Assembly: GCA_965116875.1 (NCBI GenBank)
Contig: OZ220733.1
Span: 3,360,001 to 3,424,000, forward strand
Reading direction: 5' to 3'
Origin: Candidatus Latescibacterota bacterium
GTDB lineage: Bacteria > Latescibacterota > UBA2968 > GCA-2709665
Length of the DNA stretch: 64,000 bases
Part shown: positions 1 through 9,445 of the stretch, piece by piece
How positions within the stretch are numbered: the stretch's first letter is position 1
How the letters are laid out: each line of letters begins with the position of its first letter
Notes under the pieces: generated by a model
What the model saw: the letters and a program-made list of their open reading frames with translations, nothing else
The model's database searches: none
Told to the model about the DNA's origin: nothing
Made by a program: the position numbers and the translations under genes

Positions 1-155
1 AGTTGGGACGTTTGTCGTCGGGTGCGGCCGCCAAGCTGGCCGGTATTCCCAAGCCATTGTTCCTGATGAAGTTAGATGACTACGGTGTTGATGCCTTCCA
101 TCTGACCGAGGAAGACATCCAGCAGGAGCTAGCCGGTGCCCGACGTCATCTGTAA
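1..155 (+). CDS. UPF0175-family antitoxin-like protein, 3' part (truncated by window edge)
   Basis: Manual translation from nt 3: LGRLSSGAAAKLAGIPKPLFLMKLDDYGVDAFHLTEEDIQQELAGARRHL*. The 'LSSG.AA.LAG' HTH-like pattern is typical of UPF0175. Confidence 0.75.
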   Translation, partial: LGRLSSGAAAKLAGIPKPLFLMKLDDYGVDAFHLTEEDIQQELAGARRHL

Positions 156-261
156 TTCGTCTCTTCTCCAGCACCTGCACCAGGACGACGTGTTGGAACT
201 CTTGCCCGCACTGGTCGAGCAGGTGTACATTCCGGAAGCAGTGGCTGCGAAGTTTCGATAG
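136..261 (+). pseudogene. Truncated DUF3368/PIN-like toxin remnant
   Basis: GTG overlapping the UPF0175 stop reads MPDVICNSSLLQHLHQDDVLELLPALVEQVYIPEAVAAKFR*, resembling the N-terminus of DUF3368 PIN proteins; stops after 41 aa. Confidence 0.6.
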
Positions 262-349
262 GGACGACGGCGAGATTTGCCGCTGCATGCCAGATAGAAT
301 TGCGCGCAGGCACGGCCGAGCCAAGCAAAGTCGAGCGAGGAGGTTTTCG

Positions 350-676
350 ATGCCGATAGACGATCAATACGTCAAGAACCTGCCGGACATCTACCGCGAT
401 ATTCTTGAGACGTATCCCCAGTTCAATTCGACGCGCATTGCCGGCGACGGGCTGGCATACCCATCGCTGTATTCGGCTCTGACAGATGAAAAGAAAGGGC
501 ACACCTTAGGTCAAATACAAAAGGCTTGTGAAAACATGGCTGATGTGGGTCTTATGGTGATCAAACATGATATATTCGCTTGTCCGACGCCGAAAGGGGA
601 AGAGTTGATTTCCGCAATTACCGGCCGCAGCGCGCCACCTGTCTCTGACGTTCCCCCTATCGAAGCCCCTCCATAG
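350..676 (+). CDS. Hypothetical protein (possible winged-helix)
   Basis: ATG at 350 after GAGGAGG; 108 aa with protein-like composition (track ORF 287..676). Confidence 0.6.
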   Translation: MPIDDQYVKNLPDIYRDILETYPQFNSTRIAGDGLAYPSLYSALTDEKKGHTLGQIQKACENMADVGLMVIKHDIFACPTPKGEELISAITGRSAPPVSDVPPIEAPP

Positions 677-737
677 ATGTGGAGTAGCCCCACGCAAGGC
701 TGACATTTGAGTTCGTTTCCTGTCCTGAATTTGCCAA

Positions 738-778
738 ACGAAAGAGCCGTCCATCAGCAATATGGACGGCTCTTTCGT
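738..778. terminator. Perfect hairpin between convergent genes, probable terminator
   Basis: acgaaagagccgtccat-N7-atggacggctctttcgt, followed by T-rich sequence. Confidence 0.6.
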
Positions 779-1083
779 ATTTTGCGTTGGGCTTTTACAG
801 CAAAATCTCTACGCAAAATGCGTGCATGTTGATTCGCGCTGTCTATACACGGAAGAACTTGAAATCCCCCCACCGCATCAGCCGTCGCCGGTCCCTTCGG
901 CATTTCCACAAGCTTGCTTCCACAGGCTAAACATAAGCACCGCAGGTGGGATCAGGGCAGCGCCATCGGCCCTTCTACAGAAATAGGGTACCGGCTCGCC
1001 TTCTGCGACTCCCCCGCAAGGGGGGAGTGATGCGGGCGTGCTGAATGCCCCTCCCTGATTTCCCAACTGCGTCTTTACCGTGA

Positions 1084-2025
1084 TCAAGGCACCTGCGCCC
1101 CGACTGTCTCCACGTAGACGGAGAACAGCGACTGGGAGCAGGTCATGAACAGCCGGTTCTTTTTGGCGCCGCCGAAGCAGAGGTTTGCGCAGGGGGCGGG
1201 CAGGTGGATCTTGCCGATGAGGGTGCCGTCCGGTGCGAAGCAGTGCACGCCGTCGTACCCGTCCCCGGCCCAGCATGCCCCCGCCCACAGGTTGCCGTCC
1301 ACATCGGTGCGGATGCCGTCCGCCGACGCGGGGTCCATGTCGGTGAATACGCGACCATTTGAAAGGCGGTCGCCATCCACGTCGAAAACCCGGATGTGGG
1401 CGGGATACTGGGGGCCGTCCGACCGCCCGGTATCGACAATGTAGAGCAGCGACTCATCCGGGCTGAAGCAGATGCCGTTTGGCCGCCGGAAGTCTCCCAC
1501 GACAACCGTCGCTTCACCGGTGTCCGGATCGAGGCGGTACACGTTGGTATGATTCTCGAATTCCGCCCGGTGTCCTTCATAGTTCATCAGAATGCCGTAA
1601 CCGGGGTCCGTAAACCAGATTGACCCGTCGGATCTGACCACAACGTCGTTCGGCGCATTCAACGGCTTTCCATCGTACCTATCCATCAGAACCGTGATCG
1701 AACCGTCGTATTCCGTCCTTGTGAGGCGCCGCGCATCGTGTTCGCACGACAACAGACGGCCCTCACGATCGCGTGTATTCCCGTTTGTGTTGTTCGATGG
1801 CTTGCGGAAGACCGAGACGTCCCCCGTCTCTTCTTCCCACTTGAGGATGCGGTTGTTGGGAATATCGCTGAACAGCAGATAGCGACCGTCTCCAAACCAC
1901 ACCGGGCCTTCCAGCCACCGGCCGCCCGTCCAGAGCATTTCGATCGCTGCGGTCCCGAGTTTGTACTTTGCAAAGCGTTCGTCCAGCACTTCGATGCGGC
2001 TGTCAGGATATCTCACAAGGTCCAT
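1084..2025 (-). CDS. SMP-30/gluconolactonase family protein
   Basis: EGPVW, NAPND, PNGICFSPDE and ADGIRTD motifs. Confidence 0.92.
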   Translation of the reverse strand: MDLVRYPDSRIEVLDERFAKYKLGTAAIEMLWTGGRWLEGPVWFGDGRYLLFSDIPNNRILKWEEETGDVSVFRKPSNNTNGNTRDREGRLLSCEHDARRLTRTEYDGSITVLMDRYDGKPLNAPNDVVVRSDGSIWFTDPGYGILMNYEGHRAEFENHTNVYRLDPDTGEATVVVGDFRRPNGICFSPDESLLYIVDTGRSDGPQYPAHIRVFDVDGDRLSNGRVFTDMDPASADGIRTDVDGNLWAGACWAGDGYDGVHCFAPDGTLIGKIHLPAPCANLCFGGAKKNRLFMTCSQSLFSVYVETVGAQVP

Positions 2026-2453
2026 CGTTCCCTTCCCTTCAAATCACCCGACGAGGTCGGGCATCCGGCGAGTGATCGCAGTATTGCAGAAGCATCCGGT
2101 CTGACCGCAGGATGCGGAAAAAACAGTCCACGGAATGGCTTGCAGCGCGTGCGGTTTTCGCGTAATCCGGAGGAAATGTACGTCGGCAAATTGCATCTTC
2201 GAAGCCGTCTTGTCAATGCCTTTACTGGAGGCCGGAATCTGGCAGTCACCCTGGTAAGGTCAGCGGCCGTAAAGGGCGCCGCACCTTGACAACTTTTCAG
2301 ACGCCCTTTATATTGAAATTTAGCAGCGGTAAAGGCTCCGGATAAGGCGATCATCGGTCAACTCGTGACGGGTTGCCTGCGTTTCCATCGAAGACGTGCT
2401 TCGATGGCCGGAACGAGTCTCCATGCGGCCGGTAAGGCCTGAAGATTTCCGAT

Positions 2454-3395
2454 ATGACAAAACGCCGTTATATTCGGGGACTGAATCTGGCAACCGTCCT
2501 CGTCTGTCTGTTTTCGCCCGATCAGACCAGGTGCGAGGAGGCGGGCGCCTCCCGTCAGGTGTACCAGGCGGTCAGCCGGCAGGAAATACTGGATGCGATG
2601 CGGCAGTCTGGCGATTACGACCCGACGGCGACGACGAACGGCGCACGTTTTCAATGGGAAGTGATTTTCCATCTCGCGCACCGGGCGTGGGAGCGTGACC
2701 CGCGGGGTGCGCCGCTCTTTATCGATTCGAAACACTGGTTTCGGGCGTTTATGGAGGCGACCGGACGCACGGAAGACGAAATGCCCCTCTACGCGAGGCT
2801 GGCCTACGAATACGAGCAGCACATGGACGTGGAATACAGAATGGATCGAGTGATTCGAAGCGTGATCGAAGGGCCGGCGCCGCGATTGGCGTTGAATGTC
2901 CGTATCTGGTGGGAAGAAAGGGAGGACAAGGCGGATGATTACTCATATCGGGATACGCTGTCAACCCCCACTCTCAAGATTACCATTCGTCGAATGATTT
3001 CGTACCGGCTGCTGGATCTTGGAGACTGGTACGTATGCGATAACATCAGGGGGCTCAGCGGACGTCCGACGTCCGGACTGCTGGGGTTGATCTTCCGGAT
3101 TATCGGCGATGGACGAATCGTACACTCCCGGATCGCAATTTCAGCCGACGGTCTCCAGATTGTCCGCGGGACGTCGAAGAAGGGGTTCATGGCAATGACA
3201 ACCACCGCGACGATTTATCCTGATGGAGAGATGATCAAGGATTTGCCGGATGGCCGGCCCGATTTGAAGGAGTTGAAGAAACGCATCAAGCAGACGCTGA
3301 AAGTTGAATACGTCGAACTACCAGAGGGCAAGTTTGAGATTCCTGTATATCCCGCAGGAAGAACATATGAGCCCATTCTTGGAGGGACCAGATGA
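2454..3395 (+). CDS. Hypothetical exported protein
   Basis: 313-aa ORF with signal-peptide-like N-terminus; stop overlaps the next start (ATGA). Confidence 0.7.
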   Translation: MTKRRYIRGLNLATVLVCLFSPDQTRCEEAGASRQVYQAVSRQEILDAMRQSGDYDPTATTNGARFQWEVIFHLAHRAWERDPRGAPLFIDSKHWFRAFMEATGRTEDEMPLYARLAYEYEQHMDVEYRMDRVIRSVIEGPAPRLALNVRIWWEEREDKADDYSYRDTLSTPTLKITIRRMISYRLLDLGDWYVCDNIRGLSGRPTSGLLGLIFRIIGDGRIVHSRIAISADGLQIVRGTSKKGFMAMTTTATIYPDGEMIKDLPDGRPDLKELKKRIKQTLKVEYVELPEGKFEIPVYPAGRTYEPILGGTR

Positions 3396-4222
3396 GCGAG
3401 CGTACAAGCGACGCAAGATATACGATGGGGCGCAGCAAGGGGGAAGAGGAGCGTTTGATACACCAGTCGCAGCTGTACGATGCGATCACCCGTCGTTTTC
3501 TGATTGAAGCGGGTGTCGTAAGCGGCATGCGGGTACTCGATATCGGCTCCGGTCCCGGCGACGTCTCTCTCACGGCGGCTGAACTGGTAGGTCCCGATGG
3601 GGCCGTCGTGGGCGTGGACGTCAATCCGGCCATCATCGACACCGCTCAGGACCGGGCGCGAGCGGCAGGCTTTTCAAACGTGGAATTCAAGGTGGGCGAC
3701 GCCCGGACGCTGGACGTGGGAAGCGACTTCGACGTGCTGATGGGCAGGCTCGTGCTGATGTATATGGGCGATCCTTCGGAAGCCCTCAGGGAGTTGTCAA
3801 CCCGGCTGCGACCGGGCGGAATCGTGGCGTTCCAGGAGGCAGATTTCAGCTACTATCGCAAGCAACCCGATACGCCCGTCGCGAATGATCTGATCGAATG
3901 GGCCATCTCTGTTTTCGAACGATCCGGTGCCCACACCGAAATGGGGATCAACCTGTACGGCGCGTTTGTAGACGCGGGACTGCCCGAGCCGGAAATGGAT
4001 CTCGCGGCGCCGGTTGGCGGGCCGGAGTACTGGACGGGGTACCGGTTCGTGGTGGAAGCATTTCGCAGCATGGTACCGCTCATCGAAGAATTCGGGTTGG
4101 CAACGGCAGAAGAGGTGGATCTGGATACGCTGGCAGACAGGCTCCGAAACGAGGTGGTGTCGACCAAACGCGCGTTCATGCTCCCTCCCCACGTGACCGC
4201 GTGGGCGGTGCTGCCGGGTTGA
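3392..4222 (+). CDS. Class I SAM-dependent methyltransferase
   Basis: VLDIGSGPG motif I; LRPGG motif. Confidence 0.92.
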   Translation: MSERTSDARYTMGRSKGEEERLIHQSQLYDAITRRFLIEAGVVSGMRVLDIGSGPGDVSLTAAELVGPDGAVVGVDVNPAIIDTAQDRARAAGFSNVEFKVGDARTLDVGSDFDVLMGRLVLMYMGDPSEALRELSTRLRPGGIVAFQEADFSYYRKQPDTPVANDLIEWAISVFERSGAHTEMGINLYGAFVDAGLPEPEMDLAAPVGGPEYWTGYRFVVEAFRSMVPLIEEFGLATAEEVDLDTLADRLRNEVVSTKRAFMLPPHVTAWAVLPG

Positions 4223-5498
4223 GCGAATTCCGGCCGCCGGCGCGGATGCCCTCTCTTTCGTCCACCCACTTCAGAATCACGCCTCCGGTTACGAACAAGA
4301 CAGCCACGATCGATATGCCGACGCGCTGGGACTGGAAGGCGCGGGTGAGTTCGCCGAGGACGAGAGGTCCCAGAAAAGCCGTGGCCTTGCCCGAAAAGGC
4401 GAATAGCCCGAAGAACTCGTTCTCCTTCTCAGGCGGCACAAACCGTCCGAGGAGCGAACGGCTGGCCGATTGGTTGGGACCCGCGAAGAAACCGGCCATG
4501 ATGCCGGAAATCCAGAAGACGGTCTTGCTGTGGGTGAAGACCGCCATCAGCGTCGCCAGGATGAGAAACACGAGGCTCACCTGAATGGTGCGTTTGCCGC
4601 CCAGTAGATCGTCCAGGAAACCCATCGCGAAGGCGCCGATTCCGGCCGCGACGTTCAGGACGATTCCGAAGACCATGATTTCGGTAAAACTGAATCCGAA
4701 CGTCCCCGCCGCGTAGATTCCGCCGAAGGAGAAGATTGTGATGAGTCCGTCGTTGTAAAACAGGCGGGCGATCAGCAGCTTGAGGATTTCCCTGTACTGA
4801 CCGGCTTCCCGAAACGTCCGGACGAGCTGGCGATACGAGAACGACAGGACTCCGCGCATCTGTGAGGCGCGGGTTTTCTTTTGCCTGACCCAGAGGAATA
4901 TCGGGATGCTGAAGACCGCGAACCAGGCGGCAACCAGCAGGTTGGTCGCGCGGATATTCGCGCCCGCCTCTTTCGTGAAACCGAACCAGGGCGTTTCCGG
5001 ACTCACAAAGCCGACCATCGCAATGGCCATTGCCAGGAGACCGCCAATATAGCCCAAGCCCCAGCCGTAACCGGATATGCGACCGATGTATTCCCTGGGC
5101 GCGATGTCCGGAAGAAAGGCATTGTAGAAGACGTTGCCCATTTCAAACGCGAAATTCGCCACGGCGAACCAGAGCAGCGCCTTCAAAACCTGGCCCGGCA
5201 ATGCCGTGTAAAGGCCGGTGGTGGCAACGACCGCAATCATCGTGGAGAGGAGGAGAAAACCCTTGCGGTAACCGCCCCTGTCCGCCACGGCGCCGGCCAA
5301 CGGCGAGACCAGCGCCACCGCGATGGCAGAAAAGGTGACGCCCCTGGACCAGAGCGTGGTGCCGACGATTTCGTCTGGCGCGAGGGATTTCACAAAGTAC
5401 GTGGAATAGATGAACGTGACCACGAGGGTGGTGAAGGCGGAGTTGGCAAAGTCGTACATCGCCCAGGATGCGATGGTTTTCTTGTCAATCCTGTTCAA
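4176..5498 (-). CDS. MFS transporter (UMF1/ATG22-like)
   Basis: SWAMYDFANSAF N-terminus, YNAFLP, SRSLLGR; about 12 hydrophobic segments. Confidence 0.9.
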   Translation of the reverse strand: MNRIDKKTIASWAMYDFANSAFTTLVVTFIYSTYFVKSLAPDEIVGTTLWSRGVTFSAIAVALVSPLAGAVADRGGYRKGFLLLSTMIAVVATTGLYTALPGQVLKALLWFAVANFAFEMGNVFYNAFLPDIAPREYIGRISGYGWGLGYIGGLLAMAIAMVGFVSPETPWFGFTKEAGANIRATNLLVAAWFAVFSIPIFLWVRQKKTRASQMRGVLSFSYRQLVRTFREAGQYREILKLLIARLFYNDGLITIFSFGGIYAAGTFGFSFTEIMVFGIVLNVAAGIGAFAMGFLDDLLGGKRTIQVSLVFLILATLMAVFTHSKTVFWISGIMAGFFAGPNQSASRSLLGRFVPPEKENEFFGLFAFSGKATAFLGPLVLGELTRAFQSQRVGISIVAVLFVTGGVILKWVDEREGIRAGGRNSLNPAAPPTRSRGEGA

Positions 5499-5522
5499 GA
5501 GCGAAGGATCCCCCTTTTATGC

Positions 5523-5550
5523 GCAAGGGCGACCGGCCGGTCGCCCTTGC
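5523..5550. repeat. REP-like perfect 28-bp palindrome
   Basis: gcaagggcgaccgg|ccggtcgcccttgc; shares the gggcgacc...ggtcgccc core with the repeats at 63783-63963. Confidence 0.7.
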
Positions 5551-5644
5551 ATAGAAAACAACCATATCTCTGTTGATCTCGCCCGGCAATATCGCTTGCC
5601 GGTTCAAGCTGACGGCAGATCGCGAACTGCTGACAGCTTTTCGC

Positions 5645-8599
5645 CTAGAAATCCGCTGTCAGTCCAACCGACACGAGGCGGCCGATCTCCGGGGCGCCGA
5701 CGAATTCGCGGTGTTTCTGGTTGAACATGTTGGAAGCGTTCACGACGAGCGCGACCGTTCCATCCGTAATCAGGGACGGCAGTTCGTACCTGACGTTTGT
5801 GTCGAAGACAAGGGAGGACTTGACGTCGCCAATGTAAACACCGGAGTTCATGGGAAATCCGCTGCGTCCGCGGAGACGGAAGCCAACCCGGACCCCGCGA
5901 TCCTGCATATTGGTCGTTGCGCCCAGAGTGAATTTGTTTCGAGGCGCGTTGAGTGCGATATCCGCAATGCCGCCCAGATTCTTGAAGAGGTCTTTGTTGA
6001 CGTGGGAGTAACTGCCCGAGAAGGTCCAGACGTCGTCGGCGTAGTAGGCAAAGCTGACGTCGAAGCCGTAGAAATCCACGTCGCCGAAGTTACGATAGGC
6101 CAACATGACCGCGTGGGGATCGGAAGCCTGAAGCGGTGAAACGGTGCCGAAGGGGATAAAGGCGGCGCCGTTGTCATTTGTGCCGGCCACGAAGAGGCGG
6201 GTGATTTCATCAACGGGCGTGTTGTTACCGTTGCCGCCCTGTTCCGGCATATCGAGGACGCCGAGCGCGACGGCCAGAAGCGCCGCGGACGGGTCCTGCA
6301 GGGCCTGTGCGACAGCGGCGGAAAGCGAGGCCGATAGCGCGTCGGGATCCAGGAAGACATTCGGCGTTTCCACGCGCAGCGGCGCCACGAAGTCGTGGGT
6401 GCGGGTACGATACACGTCAGCCGCCAGGGCGAAGCGATTCCCGAAGATCCCCTTGTAACCGAGTTCATAGGTTTCAGTGATCGTGGGCCTGATTTTTTCA
6501 ATATCCCGTATGGTGGAAGCGCCCAGGTCCGGAACCGGGTCGAAGGCCGACGTTGATGGATTCAGAACCCGGAGTGTGTTTCGGAGGCCGGGAAGGGTCT
6601 GCGGTATGATATTCTGAAAACCAGCCGCCAGCGCCTCCACCTGCGCGGCCGCCATGGCTGGAATCTGTTCCGCCGGGACCCCGGCCGCCGTGAGTTGCCC
6701 GGTGATCAGAGCCGTCGCAAGTTGCTTCAGATCTGGAAGGGCCGCGGCCATGACCGCGCTTCGACCGACTCCCCACATGACGTTGCTGAACCTCGCGTCG
6801 TTCATTCCAATCTGGTGTGAAGGCGAAAGGCCGATCACCTGGGCGAACGGCGACCGGAAAGTGGGTACGCCTCCGGCGTCGCGGCTCCATGTGAATCCAT
6901 TCTCGTTGCCCTGCGCGCGGACGTCGAAACTGGGGCTGAATCCCAGGACCGGCTGGAAGCCGCGACCCGTGCCGAAGGCGTCTCTGGCCTGGGCAAGGTC
7001 CAGAAAGAAGTTGCTTGTGGACGGTGTACTGAATGCTCTGTTGTACGTCAACCGTAAGGTCTGCAGGGGGTCGGGTTTGATCACAACGGCCCCACGGGGA
7101 GAGAAGACGCGCTCGTCGACGAGGTTGTGGTCGTCCAACCGGGCGGCCCCTAATATGGTGATCTTTTCGTTCAGGCTGATCTCGCCCTGCACGTAAGCCC
7201 CGAATTCGTCGATGTTGTCGCGGGTCTCATTGGATCCCGTTATGGTCCCGCCGGTATTCGGGCGCGTGAACAGGCCGTCCACCCCGTAGGTGATCCGGCT
7301 GCGGTCCTGCAGGCTCAGGCTATGCTGGGCCTGAAGGACGGTAAAGGTCGACGTGTCCACAATGGGGTCATTCGTACGGAGGAGCTTGGTATCCCCCGCG
7401 TCGCTGGCGTTGTGAAAGGCCTGAACGAAAACGTCCTTGAAGAGTACGCGGCCCTGCAGGAAGTAATTCGCCCACCCGTCGGCCTGGCCCGCGCCGATTC
7501 CCGTCATTTCAATGCTGTTGATCCGTGCGAAGCCCGTTGAAAAAATGCCCGTGAAGTCCTCGGTCGGGCGAACGTCGAGGCGCAATTCCCCGCTGATTCG
7601 GCTTGTGTCGTAGTCCCTGGGATTCCGGCCGCGCAGCCGCACTTCCTCCGGGTCTTCGTGTTCCCAGTCCGTTCCGGAAAAGTACTGACCGGAGAATTTG
7701 ACGCCTACTTTGTCCGTTGTGGCGGCGTGCCGGAAGGAGACCTTCCGCAGTTCGCGTTCGCCGCCCATCACGCTCACGGACGTGCCTTCGGAGCCAAAGG
7801 GGGAACGGGTAATGATGTGCATCACGCCGTTCGCGCTGTTGGGCCCGTAAAGCGCGGACCCGGGTCCCAGGACGACCTCGACACGGTCGACGTCGTGGTT
7901 CGTGACGGGAATGAAATGGTGGGCGTTGAACCGCAGGGAAGGTACGCGTGAGATCCGGTTGTCCACCAGGGTAAGCAGCGTTCCGGAAAAGACGTTGTTG
8001 AAGCCGCGCGCCACCGTGTTGGCCTGGAACAGCCCCGTCTGTGCGTTGTCCACGCCAGCAAGCCCCACGATGTAGTCCGCGGCACTCAGTCCGCGCTGAG
8101 TCTGGATTTCGTCTGTCCCGACAACCGCGACCGAAGCGGGAGCATCCAGGACCTTCTCCCGCCGTCGGGACGCGGAAACGATGATCTGGTCTCCGTAAAG
8201 TACCTCGACGTCCAGGTTGAAGTCGAGGTTGATCTCGCCGCCGCCGGTTATTCTGACATTGCTCCGGGTCACGGTCTCGTATCCGACGAAGGATGCGGAA
8301 ACCTGATAGACGCCGTCCGGAAGATTCCCCGCCACGTATATGCCGCTCTCGTCGGTAACCACGTTCATGGGAGAGGATAGTGTGGATCCCCGGACGATGA
8401 CGTTGGCGCCGAACAGGGGGTCGCCATCGTCGCCGGTGATCTGTCCCTTTATGGAACCCGCGCCCTGGGCGAAGGCGGATGTGACGCAGCACAGAAGCAG
8501 GGCGAGTACCGTTCTTGCGGATGACATAAACTGACTCCTTGCGTTTGACTTGCAGGTTTGCGGCTTGTATACGGTGGATGAAAGTTGATTGGAATGCAC
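5645..8599 (-). CDS. TonB-dependent outer-membrane receptor
   Basis: Carboxypeptidase-regulatory-like N-domain, plug motif RVEVVLGPGSALYG, C-terminal Phe. True start probably near 8527-8575. Confidence 0.93.
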   Translation of the reverse strand: MHSNQLSSTVYKPQTCKSNARSQFMSSARTVLALLLCCVTSAFAQGAGSIKGQITGDDGDPLFGANVIVRGSTLSSPMNVVTDESGIYVAGNLPDGVYQVSASFVGYETVTRSNVRITGGGEINLDFNLDVEVLYGDQIIVSASRRREKVLDAPASVAVVGTDEIQTQRGLSAADYIVGLAGVDNAQTGLFQANTVARGFNNVFSGTLLTLVDNRISRVPSLRFNAHHFIPVTNHDVDRVEVVLGPGSALYGPNSANGVMHIITRSPFGSEGTSVSVMGGERELRKVSFRHAATTDKVGVKFSGQYFSGTDWEHEDPEEVRLRGRNPRDYDTSRISGELRLDVRPTEDFTGIFSTGFARINSIEMTGIGAGQADGWANYFLQGRVLFKDVFVQAFHNASDAGDTKLLRTNDPIVDTSTFTVLQAQHSLSLQDRSRITYGVDGLFTRPNTGGTITGSNETRDNIDEFGAYVQGEISLNEKITILGAARLDDHNLVDERVFSPRGAVVIKPDPLQTLRLTYNRAFSTPSTSNFFLDLAQARDAFGTGRGFQPVLGFSPSFDVRAQGNENGFTWSRDAGGVPTFRSPFAQVIGLSPSHQIGMNDARFSNVMWGVGRSAVMAAALPDLKQLATALITGQLTAAGVPAEQIPAMAAAQVEALAAGFQNIIPQTLPGLRNTLRVLNPSTSAFDPVPDLGASTIRDIEKIRPTITETYELGYKGIFGNRFALAADVYRTRTHDFVAPLRVETPNVFLDPDALSASLSAAVAQALQDPSAALLAVALGVLDMPEQGGNGNNTPVDEITRLFVAGTNDNGAAFIPFGTVSPLQASDPHAVMLAYRNFGDVDFYGFDVSFAYYADDVWTFSGSYSHVNKDLFKNLGGIADIALNAPRNKFTLGATTNMQDRGVRVGFRLRGRSGFPMNSGVYIGDVKSSLVFDTNVRYELPSLITDGTVALVVNASNMFNQKHREFVGAPEIGRLVSVGLTADF

Positions 8600-8681
8600 T
8601 GGGGATTCCGGGATCTCCCGGCCGCGGGGAGAGTCCGCCGGCCGTCTCTTTCCCGATAGACCGTGCCGTCACCGCGGCAGG

Positions 8682-9260
8682 TTATACGGTCGTTATGCTG
8701 TCGTCCCTGTTCGGCGCGCGGGCGAGTTCCGCCCTGATCGCGCCCGCCAGTGGTTCGGCAGAAGCGAGATATTGGCGCGTACTCGAAAAGACGCCACCGC
8801 CGACCTGTTCACCGGGGAGCCTCGGTATCAACTGGAAGTGGAGATGGGAGAGCGGTCCGGAACACATCGTGACCTGGTACACTTTTTCGCATCCGGTAAC
8901 CGTTTTCAACGCGCGGGTCAGTCGTAGCATGACCGTCATCAACTCCGAACCGAACTCGTCGGATAGGCCGGCGATGTCCGGAACGTGCGGTTTGGCGATC
9001 AGGATCGTGTGGCCGAGGCCGCGCGGGTATTGCTCCAGGATCGCCAAACACCGCTCGTGTTGGAACAACTGTGCGCCGTCCGGGTTCGACGTTGCTTCAC
9101 CATCGGTGATCCAGTGACAGGTATGGCAAACCCCCTGCTCGATAAGCCGCTTCCATCCGCGGTTGCGCTCGGCGCGTTCGCGCGCTTCCTGCTCTGTGGC
9201 CGGCCGAATACAGTCTTTCAGTCCGACAAGATTTGGCGCCGCCGGTTTGAGGTCTCGCAT
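8682..9260 (-). CDS. HIT-family protein
   Basis: CxxC, GHTILI and HLHFQL (HxHxQ variant) motifs. Confidence 0.8.
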   Translation of the reverse strand: MRDLKPAAPNLVGLKDCIRPATEQEARERAERNRGWKRLIEQGVCHTCHWITDGEATSNPDGAQLFQHERCLAILEQYPRGLGHTILIAKPHVPDIAGLSDEFGSELMTVMLRLTRALKTVTGCEKVYQVTMCSGPLSHLHFQLIPRLPGEQVGGGVFSSTRQYLASAEPLAGAIRAELARAPNRDDSITTV

Positions 9261-9445
9261 TATTATTCAATCTATCGAGGATTGCTGCAGATATTTTTCA
9301 TTAATATAAAGGATTTATCTTTTTCCGCCTTAAAGAAACGGGATTTTTTGCAGATTGGGTTCGGGACGGCACCAAAAACGACTCGCTCGAGGCCGTGATA
9401 CGATGGCTCGTCTTCGCCTGCAGAGCGACTTTATCAATTGGACTG

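Noticed and set aside
4176-4222. 47-bp convergent overlap of the MFS and methyltransferase genes as antisense regulation
   Set aside because: Most simply a short C-terminal extension after loss of a stop codon; nothing else supports a function.
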